A stretch of 64,000 nucleotides of DNA from Candidatus Dojkabacteria bacterium (lineage in GTDB: Bacteria > Patescibacteriota > Dojkabacteria > SC72). This document shows, piece after piece, positions 19,854 to 29,665 of the stretch; the stretch's first letter is position 1, and the number at the start of each line of letters is the position of its first letter. The notes beneath the pieces are model-generated. The model saw only the letters and a program-made list of their open reading frames with translations, was not told the DNA's origin and made no database searches. Made by a program: the position numbers and the translations under genes. The stretch is taken from positions 485-64,484 of the forward strand of contig DAOOVT010000001.1 in NCBI GenBank assembly GCA_035370405.1, written 5' to 3'.

Positions 19854-20762
19854 TTAGATAGCTAAATCAACAGGATACACGCCCATATCACTTAGCTTCT
19901 TCAACCTTCGTCTCACATAATCAGCATCCTCCCTATATGTTACACCAAACCACTCACCATCACTTTGCATAGCTTTAAAACTCATTTCCCCTTTGGAAAT
20001 CATTTCATTGAATATCTCAGGAAGAAGGAATTCATCCTTCAAGGGATCTTTCATACTCTTCAAAAATTCCCCAAACCTCTTTTCTAAGTGTGAGAAAACA
20101 TTGGGATACACACTAAACATATTCATAGAGACATTATCATCATCATTCAACACTACCTCTGCCCCATCTAGCTTCACTCCATGTATCCTTCCATCTTCTT
20201 TTCTCTCAATCTCAAAAACCTCTTCAACTTCTTTTAGATAGCCATTTTCAACTTTACATATACCTCTTTTTACTGTACCGTTAGCACTCAGAACATTTTT
20301 CAGCTTGTATGTCGTTATCCCATATAGCTTTTCGCTACATTCTTGAGAAAGAAACCTAGCAGAAATTTCAAAAGCTTCTCTACCATAGAAATCATCACCA
20401 TTGATTATTAGACAAGGCTCTTTTATTACGTCTTTACCCATCAGTAAGGCATGTCCTGTTCCCCATGGCTTTTCTCTTTCAACAGAACTTTTATACCAAC
20501 CTGGGACTTTGTCACAAGATTGAAATACATAAGAGATATCTATTTTCCCTCTATATTTTGACATAAACACATCATTAAAAGCCTCCTCCATATCTGGCCT
20601 TATTACAAAAACAACCTTGTTAAAACCAGCAGACAACGCATCATATATAGAATAATCAATTATTGTTCCACCTCCAGGACCAAATTTTTCCATTTGCTTG
20701 AGACCTCCATATCTGCTTCCCATACCTGCAGCAAGGACAAAGAGTGTAATATTCTTTTCCAT
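19854..20762 (-). CDS. Sugar-phosphate nucleotidyltransferase family protein
   Basis: LAAGMGSRYGGLKQ, PWGTGHA, INGDDFYG and WFGVTY. Confidence 0.88.
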   Translation of the reverse strand: MEKNITLFVLAAGMGSRYGGLKQMEKFGPGGGTIIDYSIYDALSAGFNKVVFVIRPDMEEAFNDVFMSKYRGKIDISYVFQSCDKVPGWYKSSVEREKPWGTGHALLMGKDVIKEPCLIINGDDFYGREAFEISARFLSQECSEKLYGITTYKLKNVLSANGTVKRGICKVENGYLKEVEEVFEIERKEDGRIHGVKLDGAEVVLNDDDNVSMNMFSVYPNVFSHLEKRFGEFLKSMKDPLKDEFLLPEIFNEMISKGEMSFKAMQSDGEWFGVTYREDADYVRRRLKKLSDMGVYPVDLAI

Positions 20763-20808
20763 TCTCTCATACCATTACAATTTAGCTATCTCAGAATTTC
20801 TCATAAAA

Positions 20809-20895
20809 CGGAGAGACAGGGATTCGAACCCTGGGTACGGAAACCCGTACAACGGTTTTCAAGACCGTCCCTTTCGACCGCTCAGGCATCTCTCC
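20809..20895 (-). tRNA. tRNA-Ser(TGA)
   Basis: GGAGAGA/TCTCTCC acceptor stem, ACGGT-CT-TGA-AA-ACCGT anticodon arm, long variable arm, G73; CCA not encoded. Confidence 0.95.
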
Positions 20896-20913
20896 ACAAA
20901 CAGTGCAATTATA

Positions 20914-21897
20914 TCATAACTGCTTATCCTTATCGCCAAAAACCTCTTTTATGACATCTTCCAAAGATGGCTCTTCAACATCTATGTCTGCTACTTCGAA
21001 AGTATCCAAAAATTTAGATATATTTTCCGCTGGGTTATTTTTTTCTATCAAGATAACACCCTCTGTGCCATCAAATGAGACTATTTCACCAAACCTTGCG
21101 ATTTCTTTTGCCTTTACCTTGTTCTTCAAAACAAATTTAAGATATTTCTTTCGTATAAAAGAACTTGTTAAAGATTCTAACTTTCCATCATACATTATTT
21201 CCCCCTTGTCTATCATAATTATTCTCTCGCATAAATCAGAAACATCTTGCATATTATGACTTGTCAAAACTATTGTTGCATTATATTTCTCCCTATACTC
21301 CCTTAAAAAATTTCTCAAACTCTGTTGAGAAATAACATCTAATCCTAGTGTAGGTTCATCTAGGAATATAACCTGAGGAGAATGTAGAAGAGATACAACA
21401 AGTTCACACTTCATTCTTTCACCCAAAGATAGCTTTCTCACAGGAATATCTATTATTTCACCAATTTCTAAAATATCTATCATTTTTGACAATACTTTCT
21501 TGTACTCATTGTCATTAACTTCATATATTTCCTTATTCAACAAAAAAGATTCTTTTGCAGGTAGTTCCCACCAAAGTTGACTTCTATTACCCATTACAAA
21601 TGATATCTTTCTCAAAAAATCTCGTTTTCTCTTAATCGGCTCATAACCTAAAACCTCTACCTTCCCCATATCAGGTTTAAGTAGACCACAAAGACATTTC
21701 ATTGTGGTGGTTTTACCAGCCCCATTAGGACCTACAAAACCAACAAACTCACCTTTCGAGATATCAAAAGATATTGATTTTAATGCTGTAATTTCCTTAT
21801 ACCTACTCCTAAAGATATTACCTTTCAATTTCTGTCCAACATCTTTTTTTACCTTAAACTCTTTTCCTAAACTATCTACCCTTATTACATTTTTCAT
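20914..21897 (-). CDS. ABC-2 type transporter ATP-binding protein
   Basis: GPNGAGKTT, LSLGER, FLDEPT and TSH. Confidence 0.92.
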   Translation of the reverse strand: MKNVIRVDSLGKEFKVKKDVGQKLKGNIFRSRYKEITALKSISFDISKGEFVGFVGPNGAGKTTTMKCLCGLLKPDMGKVEVLGYEPIKRKRDFLRKISFVMGNRSQLWWELPAKESFLLNKEIYEVNDNEYKKVLSKMIDILEIGEIIDIPVRKLSLGERMKCELVVSLLHSPQVIFLDEPTLGLDVISQQSLRNFLREYREKYNATIVLTSHNMQDVSDLCERIIMIDKGEIMYDGKLESLTSSFIRKKYLKFVLKNKVKAKEIARFGEIVSFDGTEGVILIEKNNPAENISKFLDTFEVADIDVEEPSLEDVIKEVFGDKDKQL

Positions 21898-21939
21898 ATT
21901 GGTTGACTAATCATTACTACATTACATATTATATATATC

Positions 21940-23154
21940 ATGAAATCTACCCAAGTACATAAAATAATGAGTTTGTTTGTATCTCTCGCAGTACTTCCTA
22001 CACTCTTAATACCTGTACATGCAACTGATTTAAATTCTGCAAATTACAAAATTGTCGGAATAACAACAAATTCTGGTGGAGGCATTGCCAATTCAACTAA
22101 CTACAAATTAATGACAATAACAGGAGAAATATCTGCCAATCCAAGTAGTTACTCATCATCATACAAAATGAATTTAGATCCTTCTGCCAATTTTGTGGCA
22201 GAGATTCCAACCTTACAATGCTTTGAAACAAATACAGGAACAGGAGCTACTCAATGCACATCAGCACCAGCAGAAGTATTGAGCGGAGGTATGCAGGCTG
22301 TATGCGGACAGCCTGGATGCTACGATAGAGCAAGATTTGAAATAAATCCAATGACTAATCCTTCAGATACACTATATAGTGTAGAAATATCAACTGATAG
22401 TTTTGTCAGCGATATTAAGTGTATAAATGCCTCAACATTTACTCCTAAGACTGACTCTTGTAACATCAATGACTTTAGAACTGAGAGCTATTGGGAAAAT
22501 GAGCTATTTAATATTGTAGGACTTACATCGGGAACTACATACTATATTAGAGTAACTGCCCTTCATGGGGATTTTACTCAATCCAATTATTCAAAAACTT
22601 TGCAAGCGACAACATCCCCTGCTTCAATTACTTTTGATATTGATGTCGCAGATGTTAATGGAACTTCTGCAGAATCTAATTCACCCTACTCTATCTCCTT
22701 TTCAGGTTCAGATAAATTGACTTCAGGAGCTTTTGCGGTAACAGCACATAATTTAATATGGCTTGATTTAGATACTAATGCATATGGGGGAGCATCTGTT
22801 ATACAATTTGGCAAGAATGGTGGACTATACAGTCCAACTACTACATACAAAATAATTTCTGCTAATGAAGACCTTGATGTCATGAATGCAGAAGGTTTTG
22901 GATTTCAAAGTCACTATATTAATTTTACAAATAGCTCTAGTTTAACTGGAAGTATTACTGCAGAAGCCAATTATGCTGGTAGTGGAAATATTGTAGGAAT
23001 AATTGGACAAAATGCACTCCGTATATATCTAGCTGATGGAGCTATAGCAAATGGACGAATGGGAATTTATTTGAAGGCAAGAGCAGGAATGTCTGCTCCT
23101 CCAGCTACTGACTATGGAGAGGATATTTTCTTCACAGTTGTACCGTTATATTAA
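21940..23154 (+). CDS. Secreted protein with an FN3-like module and a WxL/pilin-like C-terminal domain
   Basis: Signal peptide (VHA-TD), Cys pairs, GLTSGTTYYIRVTA (FN3-like) and terminal strand ATDYGEDIFFTVVPLY. Confidence 0.55.
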   Translation: MKSTQVHKIMSLFVSLAVLPTLLIPVHATDLNSANYKIVGITTNSGGGIANSTNYKLMTITGEISANPSSYSSSYKMNLDPSANFVAEIPTLQCFETNTGTGATQCTSAPAEVLSGGMQAVCGQPGCYDRARFEINPMTNPSDTLYSVEISTDSFVSDIKCINASTFTPKTDSCNINDFRTESYWENELFNIVGLTSGTTYYIRVTALHGDFTQSNYSKTLQATTSPASITFDIDVADVNGTSAESNSPYSISFSGSDKLTSGAFAVTAHNLIWLDLDTNAYGGASVIQFGKNGGLYSPTTTYKIISANEDLDVMNAEGFGFQSHYINFTNSSSLTGSITAEANYAGSGNIVGIIGQNALRIYLADGAIANGRMGIYLKARAGMSAPPATDYGEDIFFTVVPLY

Positions 23155-23217
23155 GAAATTTTGCCTCCCCCTTAGTAATTAGTAATTTAGTAATATTGTT
23201 AATACCACTACAAAAAT

Positions 23218-23247
23218 TTGACATCATACTCACCAATAGTATATATT
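23218..23247 (+). promoter_or_regulatory. Sigma70-like promoter for the 378-aa secreted protein
   Basis: Perfect TTGACA at 23218 and TATATT 18 bp downstream. Confidence 0.45.
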
Positions 23248-23284
23248 TTTAATATTAAATAAAATGTCTGCCTAAAATACGCAT

Positions 23285-24421
23285 ATGAAAAAGAAGAAGC
23301 TCCTCGGTAACTTCAAAGGGTTTCTAACTTTAGCCTTAGTGGCTATCCTTTTGACCAGTTCGTTTGTATTCAAATCAAATGCAAACGCTTTAACATCAGC
23401 CTATCTGTATCTAAGCCGAATGAAGGTAAATATTACGGGAGCAGGAGCAGATACGCTTGAATACGTATTGGCATTCTCTACTTCTCAGACTATTCCAACT
23501 GGCGGAACGGTTACTTTGACTTTTCCTGACGACGATGATGGATTTTGGTGTAAGACGGCTGGAGCATTAACCGTTACAGGAGTAACTTCATCTTCTTCTG
23601 ATCTAGCTGGTACAAATTGGGCTATTGATGCTGCTCTACCAGCTGCAACAACCTTAACCGCATCATGTACTAAAGGATCAGGTGCAGGATCCGCAGACAA
23701 GATCACTATATCAAGTGTTGGAGCAATTTCTACTAGTACCACATATGGAGTAAAGCTCGCTAATGGAACAACAGCTGGGGTACTTGGTACTGATGACACT
23801 GCAGGGAATCACAATGTAACAATAGAGGTTAGAAATGGTACAGTTTCTGATTCTTCTACATTTGGTATTCGACTTATTGCAGATGATAGGGTTGTCATAT
23901 CAGCTACAGTTTCTGCAACTCCGTCTGTAACTTGCTCACTGAGTACAAATACAGTGAATCTTGGTTCACTTTACCCAGGGGGAGCCTTCACAACAGGACA
24001 ACATACAATTTCAACAACTACATCCGATACTGCTGGTGGATATTACTGGGCTGTATATGGTACAGGAAATGGTACAGATGCTGGACTTTACAAGAGTTCT
24101 GCAACAACATATTTAATACCATCAACTGGTTCTACAACTGTAGACCTAAGAGGAGTTGGAACTGAAGGTTTTGGAATGACTGCGTCTGATCCTGATGCAG
24201 CTTCGTCTGCAACAGTTTCTGCTAACTTTAGTGATGGGACATTGGGAGTTTTTGGAGCTTTAGACCCCGGAGTTTCAGGAGCTAAGCTTCTTCTGTCTCA
24301 ACAAGGAGCGCAAACATCAGCTGAGTCGTCTACAATTACATATGGTGCCAAAGCAGGAGCTTCAGCACAAACTGGGTCATATCAAGAAACAGTGACATTT
24401 ATATGTGGTGGTTACTATTAG
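23285..24421 (+). CDS. Secreted Thr/Ser/Gly/Ala-rich beta protein (WxL/fimbrial subunit-like)
   Basis: Signal peptide (ANA-LT), SLSTNTVNLGSL, and terminal strand TGSYQETVTFICGGYY. Confidence 0.55.
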   Translation: MKKKKLLGNFKGFLTLALVAILLTSSFVFKSNANALTSAYLYLSRMKVNITGAGADTLEYVLAFSTSQTIPTGGTVTLTFPDDDDGFWCKTAGALTVTGVTSSSSDLAGTNWAIDAALPAATTLTASCTKGSGAGSADKITISSVGAISTSTTYGVKLANGTTAGVLGTDDTAGNHNVTIEVRNGTVSDSSTFGIRLIADDRVVISATVSATPSVTCSLSTNTVNLGSLYPGGAFTTGQHTISTTTSDTAGGYYWAVYGTGNGTDAGLYKSSATTYLIPSTGSTTVDLRGVGTEGFGMTASDPDAASSATVSANFSDGTLGVFGALDPGVSGAKLLLSQQGAQTSAESSTITYGAKAGASAQTGSYQETVTFICGGYY

Positions 24422-24440
24422 ACTAATATGAGGCAAATAC

Positions 24441-25421
24441 ATGCAAATATTTTACATTAGAAAACTTCCAATTGTTGTACTGCCTCTATTCCTGATAACC
24501 TTTTTTGGTATACTTTCACCACTTAAGGTATTTGCACAAGAAGATGTATCAATAGGCATGTCACCAACATACCAGAATCTAAAACTACAGCCTGGTTCTA
24601 AATATACAGGGGAATTAGTAACTTGGAATCTCTCACAAGAGTCTGCAAAATACAAAATTCTTGTAAAAGGATTTAAACAAATAGAAAACACTCCTGGGAC
24701 TGCCGTTTTGCTATCTGATGAAGAGGAACAAAAAGCACTCTACTCTGCTGCCTCCTGGATAACTGTAAATAGAGATACCATAGAATTAGTTCCTAACAAA
24801 AATGAAAAGATACTTTATGAAATAAATGTTCCTCAAAATGCCACAAAGGGAGAATATCACGCAATGATATCTCTAATTTCGGAAAATTATGCAAAATCCC
24901 CCGACTCTGCAACATTTACAAATGTCTCCTCCGGTATGCCAATACTCATAAAAATTGGTGATAATTTTGTTGAAAGTGCTGAACTCATATCATTCAAAAC
25001 TACCAAAAACATATATGAAAAACCCTCAGTATCATTTACAACAATCATAAATAACACAGGAGACACACACATCTCTCCTACTGGAGAAATCGTCCTTACG
25101 AATATATTTAATAAAGAAATTGCACGAATTAAATTCAATGCAAATTCTCAAAGTCTCCTAAGAGACAATACAGGGAACTATACAACTCAATGGACAGACA
25201 AGCTCATCACAGAAAACAAACAGCTTGCAATTGGTCCAATCAAAGCAGAACTAATAGTTACATACAGAGAATTACAACCTGGCTTCGCTCCGCTAATTGC
25301 ACAAACCTCTTTCTATATAATTCCATGGAAATGGATCCTGCTATTTGCAATCGTAATAGTTTTAATAGTAGTATTAGTAAGAGTAAAAAAACATAAAAAA
25401 AGACTAAATTCACATAAATAG
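24441..25421 (+). CDS. DUF916/DUF3324-like (WxL-interacting, PapD-like Ig fold) membrane-anchored protein
   Basis: Signal peptide, SPTYQNLKLQPG, ASWIT, VPQNATKGEYHA, NTGDTHISPTG and a C-terminal TM helix with basic tail. Confidence 0.65.
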   Translation: MQIFYIRKLPIVVLPLFLITFFGILSPLKVFAQEDVSIGMSPTYQNLKLQPGSKYTGELVTWNLSQESAKYKILVKGFKQIENTPGTAVLLSDEEEQKALYSAASWITVNRDTIELVPNKNEKILYEINVPQNATKGEYHAMISLISENYAKSPDSATFTNVSSGMPILIKIGDNFVESAELISFKTTKNIYEKPSVSFTTIINNTGDTHISPTGEIVLTNIFNKEIARIKFNANSQSLLRDNTGNYTTQWTDKLITENKQLAIGPIKAELIVTYRELQPGFAPLIAQTSFYIIPWKWILLFAIVIVLIVVLVRVKKHKKRLNSHK

Positions 25422-26336
25422 TTGGAAATGTCCAAGAGAAAACTGCCATTGGCAATGCTAGTCCTTGCCTTCATCTTTGTATCAATCACAAAGGAGTCTT
25501 TTGCATCTATGCAACTCTCTCCATTCACAAATGAGGTAATCGTAACAAATCAGCAATCAATCAATGGACAATTAACACTCCATAATGATGAAAACAAAGA
25601 CATCACAATAACTCCAGTAGTCTTTCTCTACGACCCTCAAAATCAAAGAATGATTGATACCATAACTAACATCTTCGTACAAACAAAACAAAAAACATAT
25701 ACCGTTCCCTCTGGAGAAACAACACAAATAGACTACACAATAACGCCATCTAAAGACCTCCCTGATGGTACATACTTTAATTTAATCGTGCTAAAAACCA
25801 CTTTAGACGACAACTCATCATCTACTGAATCAAAAGTTGGCTTAACTGCAAATATGTCGCACCTTGTGGTAATGCATAAAATTACAGATGAACAAAAATC
25901 AGTACAGTACAATACACAAGTAGAAATCCCAAACCATGGAATTCCATTCCTAAAACCAATAAAGGTAACCTACACAATTCAAAACACCTCAGGATATGTA
26001 CTAAAACCTTCTGGTGAAATACAAATATTCAACAACAAATCACACCAGCAACCAATCTACCTTAAAATAAATGAACAAGAAGAAAAAGTATATCCAGGAG
26101 GAAAACTACAACAAGAGTTCACAGTAAGTCAATGGTCTATACAAGACATCTTTTTCCCAAGACAGATAAATGCATACTTCTACAATGGCATAGATCAAAA
26201 CTATAATCTTGTATCAATACAAGAAAAAGTAAACCCAGTAATACAAATCATTTTAATACTAATTCCAGTATTCATAATCTCCTTTATCATCATTCTCATC
26301 AAAGACCTGCAAAAAGGAAAGAAACAAAAAAGTTAA
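25422..26336 (+). CDS. Second DUF916-like membrane-anchored protein
   Basis: Same architecture as its neighbour: LSPF, DLPDGTYF, NTSGYVLKPSGEI and a C-terminal TM helix. Confidence 0.55.
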   Translation: MEMSKRKLPLAMLVLAFIFVSITKESFASMQLSPFTNEVIVTNQQSINGQLTLHNDENKDITITPVVFLYDPQNQRMIDTITNIFVQTKQKTYTVPSGETTQIDYTITPSKDLPDGTYFNLIVLKTTLDDNSSSTESKVGLTANMSHLVVMHKITDEQKSVQYNTQVEIPNHGIPFLKPIKVTYTIQNTSGYVLKPSGEIQIFNNKSHQQPIYLKINEQEEKVYPGGKLQQEFTVSQWSIQDIFFPRQINAYFYNGIDQNYNLVSIQEKVNPVIQIILILIPVFIISFIIILIKDLQKGKKQKS

Positions 26337-27220
26337 TCTACAGAAAGAACTCTCTTGGTAGTTTTAAATGTCACCTTTGCAACCTTACTCAATTCCTTTT
26401 CCCCATACCTCACCACAAAATTCTTGGCAAAATCAATAACATCAGATGCACCTTTTGGAAACTCTAACCCATATTTTTCATTCATTTTCTTCATTTCACT
26501 AAGAAAAATTCCCCTAGCTAATACAGAAGCACCTGCAACAGCAATATCTGATTCTCCCCTGTGAAATTGATACACTTTAATACTTTTTCCCAATACACCA
26601 AGCTCACTGGACACCCTGCTTTTTGTGTTGGAAAATTGGTCTATTACTACATAGTCACACTTCACTCCTTTAGCTTTCAAATCCTTTAATGCAATCTCAA
26701 TAACCTTAGAATGCTGTCTTGCTAACACAATTGCCACATTCCCAATATCCCTAACCAACTCATTATATTCTTGCGGATACACAATAGATGAATAGTAATA
26801 TGGATACTCCTTAAGTTCTAAAAACATCCTTAATATTTTTTCATCAGATAACCTCTTTGAATCCATAATTCCTAAAGAACAAAACCTATCCATAAAATCA
26901 GAATTCACAAAACACCCAACCACAACAAGAGGACCAAAATAATCACCCTTCCCTACCTCATCTACACCTAAATGAGGACTAATCTTCTTTACATCACTCT
27001 CTTTAATTAAGCTCACTATCCCTTCAAAACTTTCTCTCCCTTGAAAAACAATCTTCCCTGTCGAATATACAGTACATACTGACCCCATCCTGTTTTTCAT
27101 AAACAAAACAACATATCTATTGGGAGAATCATGCTTAACCCAGCCATTACCAGCTAACACGCTCTCAACCTTCTTTACCTCTTCATCACTTAATTGTAAA
27201 CTCAATACATTCTGTTCCAT
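26333..27220 (-). CDS. rnhC: Ribonuclease HIII
   Basis: TBP-like N-domain (VYSTGKIVFQG), GVDEVGKGDYFGP, DSKRL, IDQF and AGASVLAR. Confidence 0.93.
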   Translation of the reverse strand: MEQNVLSLQLSDEEVKKVESVLAGNGWVKHDSPNRYVVLFMKNRMGSVCTVYSTGKIVFQGRESFEGIVSLIKESDVKKISPHLGVDEVGKGDYFGPLVVVGCFVNSDFMDRFCSLGIMDSKRLSDEKILRMFLELKEYPYYYSSIVYPQEYNELVRDIGNVAIVLARQHSKVIEIALKDLKAKGVKCDYVVIDQFSNTKSRVSSELGVLGKSIKVYQFHRGESDIAVAGASVLARGIFLSEMKKMNEKYGLEFPKGASDVIDFAKNFVVRYGEKELSKVAKVTFKTTKRVLSVD

Positions 27221-27222
27221 CT

Positions 27223-28683
27223 TTAAATTCTTTTAACACTCTGACCAGAAGGTGAATCTATCACCATATACCCAAACCCTTCTATTTTTTTACGAATAGC
27301 ATCCGCTTTGTCATAATCCTTACTTAATTTAGCCTCCTGCCTCTCTTTCAACAAAGTATCCAATTCCATATTCTGTCCTTCTTTGTACTCTTCTGATCCA
27401 TTCTCAATTAAACTCCCTTTGATATTAAGCCCTAAAACCCTATCAAAATCTAATATCGTTGCCAATTTATCCTTATTTTCCTCATTGGAATGTAGCATCT
27501 CATTAACAACTGCAAGAACTCCAGACATATTTAAATTATTCTCCAATTCCTTTTTAAACAAATCAACATATACTGGAATAACACTCCCTATATCATCTCC
27601 TAAATCTTTTACCTTACTAAAAAGTGAAAGCCTAGAATTCCTTGCTCCCTCTAAAGCACTGAGTGAAAAATTAATCCTACTATGGTAATTAACAGCCATA
27701 AAAAAGTACCTAATATCCATAGGATTATATCCTTTCTTCAAAATTTCATTCAATGTATCAGCTCCTCTACTCTTTGAAAGCTTTTCATTATCCTTATTCA
27801 CAAGCCATTCATTATGAATCCAATACTTAACAACAGGATGTCCAAAAGCAGCAATATTCTGAGCTCTTTCATTAGTATGATGAACTGGAATATGATCAAC
27901 ACCACCAGTATGAATATCAATATGCTCTCCAAGAACAGATGTACCCATAGCTGAACACTCAATATGCCAACCAGGAAAACCATTCCCCCACGGAGAATCC
28001 CAATTCATAATATGATTCTTGTATCTCCCCACCCTCTTCATCCACAACACAAAATCTGCTGAATTCCTCTTCTTTGGATCAACATTTACACCCTCTCTAA
28101 TCCCTTCAGCTTTCTCAGCAAGTTCCTGCCCAGTAAATATCGTATAGTCAGGAATTTTAGAAACATCGAAATACAAAGCTTGATCAGTCTCATATGTATA
28201 TCCATTCCTTTCTATTTTTTCTATCATAGAAATCATCTCTCCGATATACTCAGTAGCTCTAGTCCATCCATACTTCCCGATATTTGTATGATTCATACTC
28301 TCAGAAATTTCCTCTCCACTTGGAGTAAGAATGTTCAACAATCTAAAATCATTTAGCACCGAATCTATGTACTTATTTGCAATATCTAGTGGTGCAAGCC
28401 CCTCCTTAAGAGCTTCTTTATCCATTTTCTCTTCTCCAAAATCACTACCATAATCGTTACTAGATGTCATATGCCCCACATCAGTAATATTCATAATACG
28501 CTTAACATTATACCCACAATATACAAACGCTCTATGCAATATATCCCAATCAACATATGCCCTAATATTACCCAAATGCATATCATAATACACTGTTGGT
28601 CCACAACTATATATCTTCACCTCATGAGGATTATCCGTAATTATATCAACAACTTTTCCTTCCAAAGAAGAATACAACTTCAT
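27223..28683 (-). CDS. cysS: Cysteine--tRNA ligase
   Basis: CGPTVY, HLGN, GFPGWHIECS, HHTNE and KLSKS. Confidence 0.97.
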   Translation of the reverse strand: MKLYSSLEGKVVDIITDNPHEVKIYSCGPTVYYDMHLGNIRAYVDWDILHRAFVYCGYNVKRIMNITDVGHMTSSNDYGSDFGEEKMDKEALKEGLAPLDIANKYIDSVLNDFRLLNILTPSGEEISESMNHTNIGKYGWTRATEYIGEMISMIEKIERNGYTYETDQALYFDVSKIPDYTIFTGQELAEKAEGIREGVNVDPKKRNSADFVLWMKRVGRYKNHIMNWDSPWGNGFPGWHIECSAMGTSVLGEHIDIHTGGVDHIPVHHTNERAQNIAAFGHPVVKYWIHNEWLVNKDNEKLSKSRGADTLNEILKKGYNPMDIRYFFMAVNYHSRINFSLSALEGARNSRLSLFSKVKDLGDDIGSVIPVYVDLFKKELENNLNMSGVLAVVNEMLHSNEENKDKLATILDFDRVLGLNIKGSLIENGSEEYKEGQNMELDTLLKERQEAKLSKDYDKADAIRKKIEGFGYMVIDSPSGQSVKRI

Positions 28684-29306
28684 TAAATATTCCTCCTTCC
28701 TTCTAAAGCCCTTTTTAATGTTAATCTATCAGCATATTCAAGATCAGCTCCAGTAGGTAATCCCATTGCTAACCTTGTTACTCTAACTTTATTACTCTTA
28801 ACCAAATCTCCAAGCAAATCCATCACATATCCAGCAGTTGCTTCTCCTTCCAAGCTAGGATTTGTGGCAATTATCACTTCAATCTCATCCTCCTTCTCCA
28901 ACAATTCCATAACCCTCCTCTTCAATTGTGGAAAACGAAGCTCCTCTGCCCCTATACCTTCTGCAGGAGAAATCACCCCTCCTAACACAAAATAAACACC
29001 ATCATATATTCCAGAATTCTCAAAAGCTACAACATCTAGAGGTTCCTCTACAACACACACTTTATTACTCTTTCTCAAAGGACTAGAACAAATATCACAC
29101 ACCTCCTTATCAGTCACATTAAAACACTTAGGACAAGTTCTTACACTATTCTCCATCTCTATCAATGCATTTGCCAATTTAGAAGCATCCTTATTTGAAG
29201 ATCTTAAATAGTGATACACCATTCTCGATGCAGACTTAGGGCCAACGCCTGGAAGACGTCCAAACTCCTCTATTACTTTTTCAACACTAGAAGGTAATAC
29301 TGACAT
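28683..29306 (-). CDS. recR: Recombination mediator RecR
   Basis: LPGVGPKSA, C4 zinc finger, Toprim VVE and EGEATA. Confidence 0.97.
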   Translation of the reverse strand: MSVLPSSVEKVIEEFGRLPGVGPKSASRMVYHYLRSSNKDASKLANALIEMENSVRTCPKCFNVTDKEVCDICSSPLRKSNKVCVVEEPLDVVAFENSGIYDGVYFVLGGVISPAEGIGAEELRFPQLKRRVMELLEKEDEIEVIIATNPSLEGEATAGYVMDLLGDLVKSNKVRVTRLAMGLPTGADLEYADRLTLKRALEGRRNI

Positions 29307-29313
29307 ATCTTCC

Positions 29314-29604
29314 TTACTTAAACATATTTTTCAATTGATCTATATCCATATCTTGCACCATCTCCTTTTGAAGCCTCTTCTGATAATCCTTAAACGCCTC
29401 CTTAAAACCTTTCCTTATCTCATCTTCCATTCCAACTTCCAAATATTGCTCATCTATATGAATATCCTCCAATTCCTGAGCTCCATTCATATAGATACAA
29501 ATCAAACCATTCTTCGACTCACCCTTAATCTTCTTCTCTCTCATTTTACTTTGAAGTTTCTTAGCTTCATTTTGCATCTTTATTATCTCAACAGGATTCA
29601 ACAT
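29314..29604 (-). CDS. ybaB: YbaB/EbfC nucleoid-associated protein
   Basis: Lies between dnaX and recR; size and the GLICIYMNG segment fit. Confidence 0.8.
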   Translation of the reverse strand: MLNPVEIIKMQNEAKKLQSKMREKKIKGESKNGLICIYMNGAQELEDIHIDEQYLEVGMEDEIRKGFKEAFKDYQKRLQKEMVQDMDIDQLKNMFK

Positions 29605-29665
29605 ATCATTGAAAATATTAATTTATATTACTCTCCATACATTATATCAGGAAAAACAACAAAAC

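Noticed and set aside
20694-20954. ORFs overlapping tRNA-Ser (also those over tRNAs at 50069-50290, 50407-50601 and 50771-51166)
   Set aside because: They are translations of tRNA genes or antisense to real genes.
23172-23200. Short TAGTAAT repeats upstream of the 378-aa gene
   Set aside because: Too short and AT-rich to separate from background.
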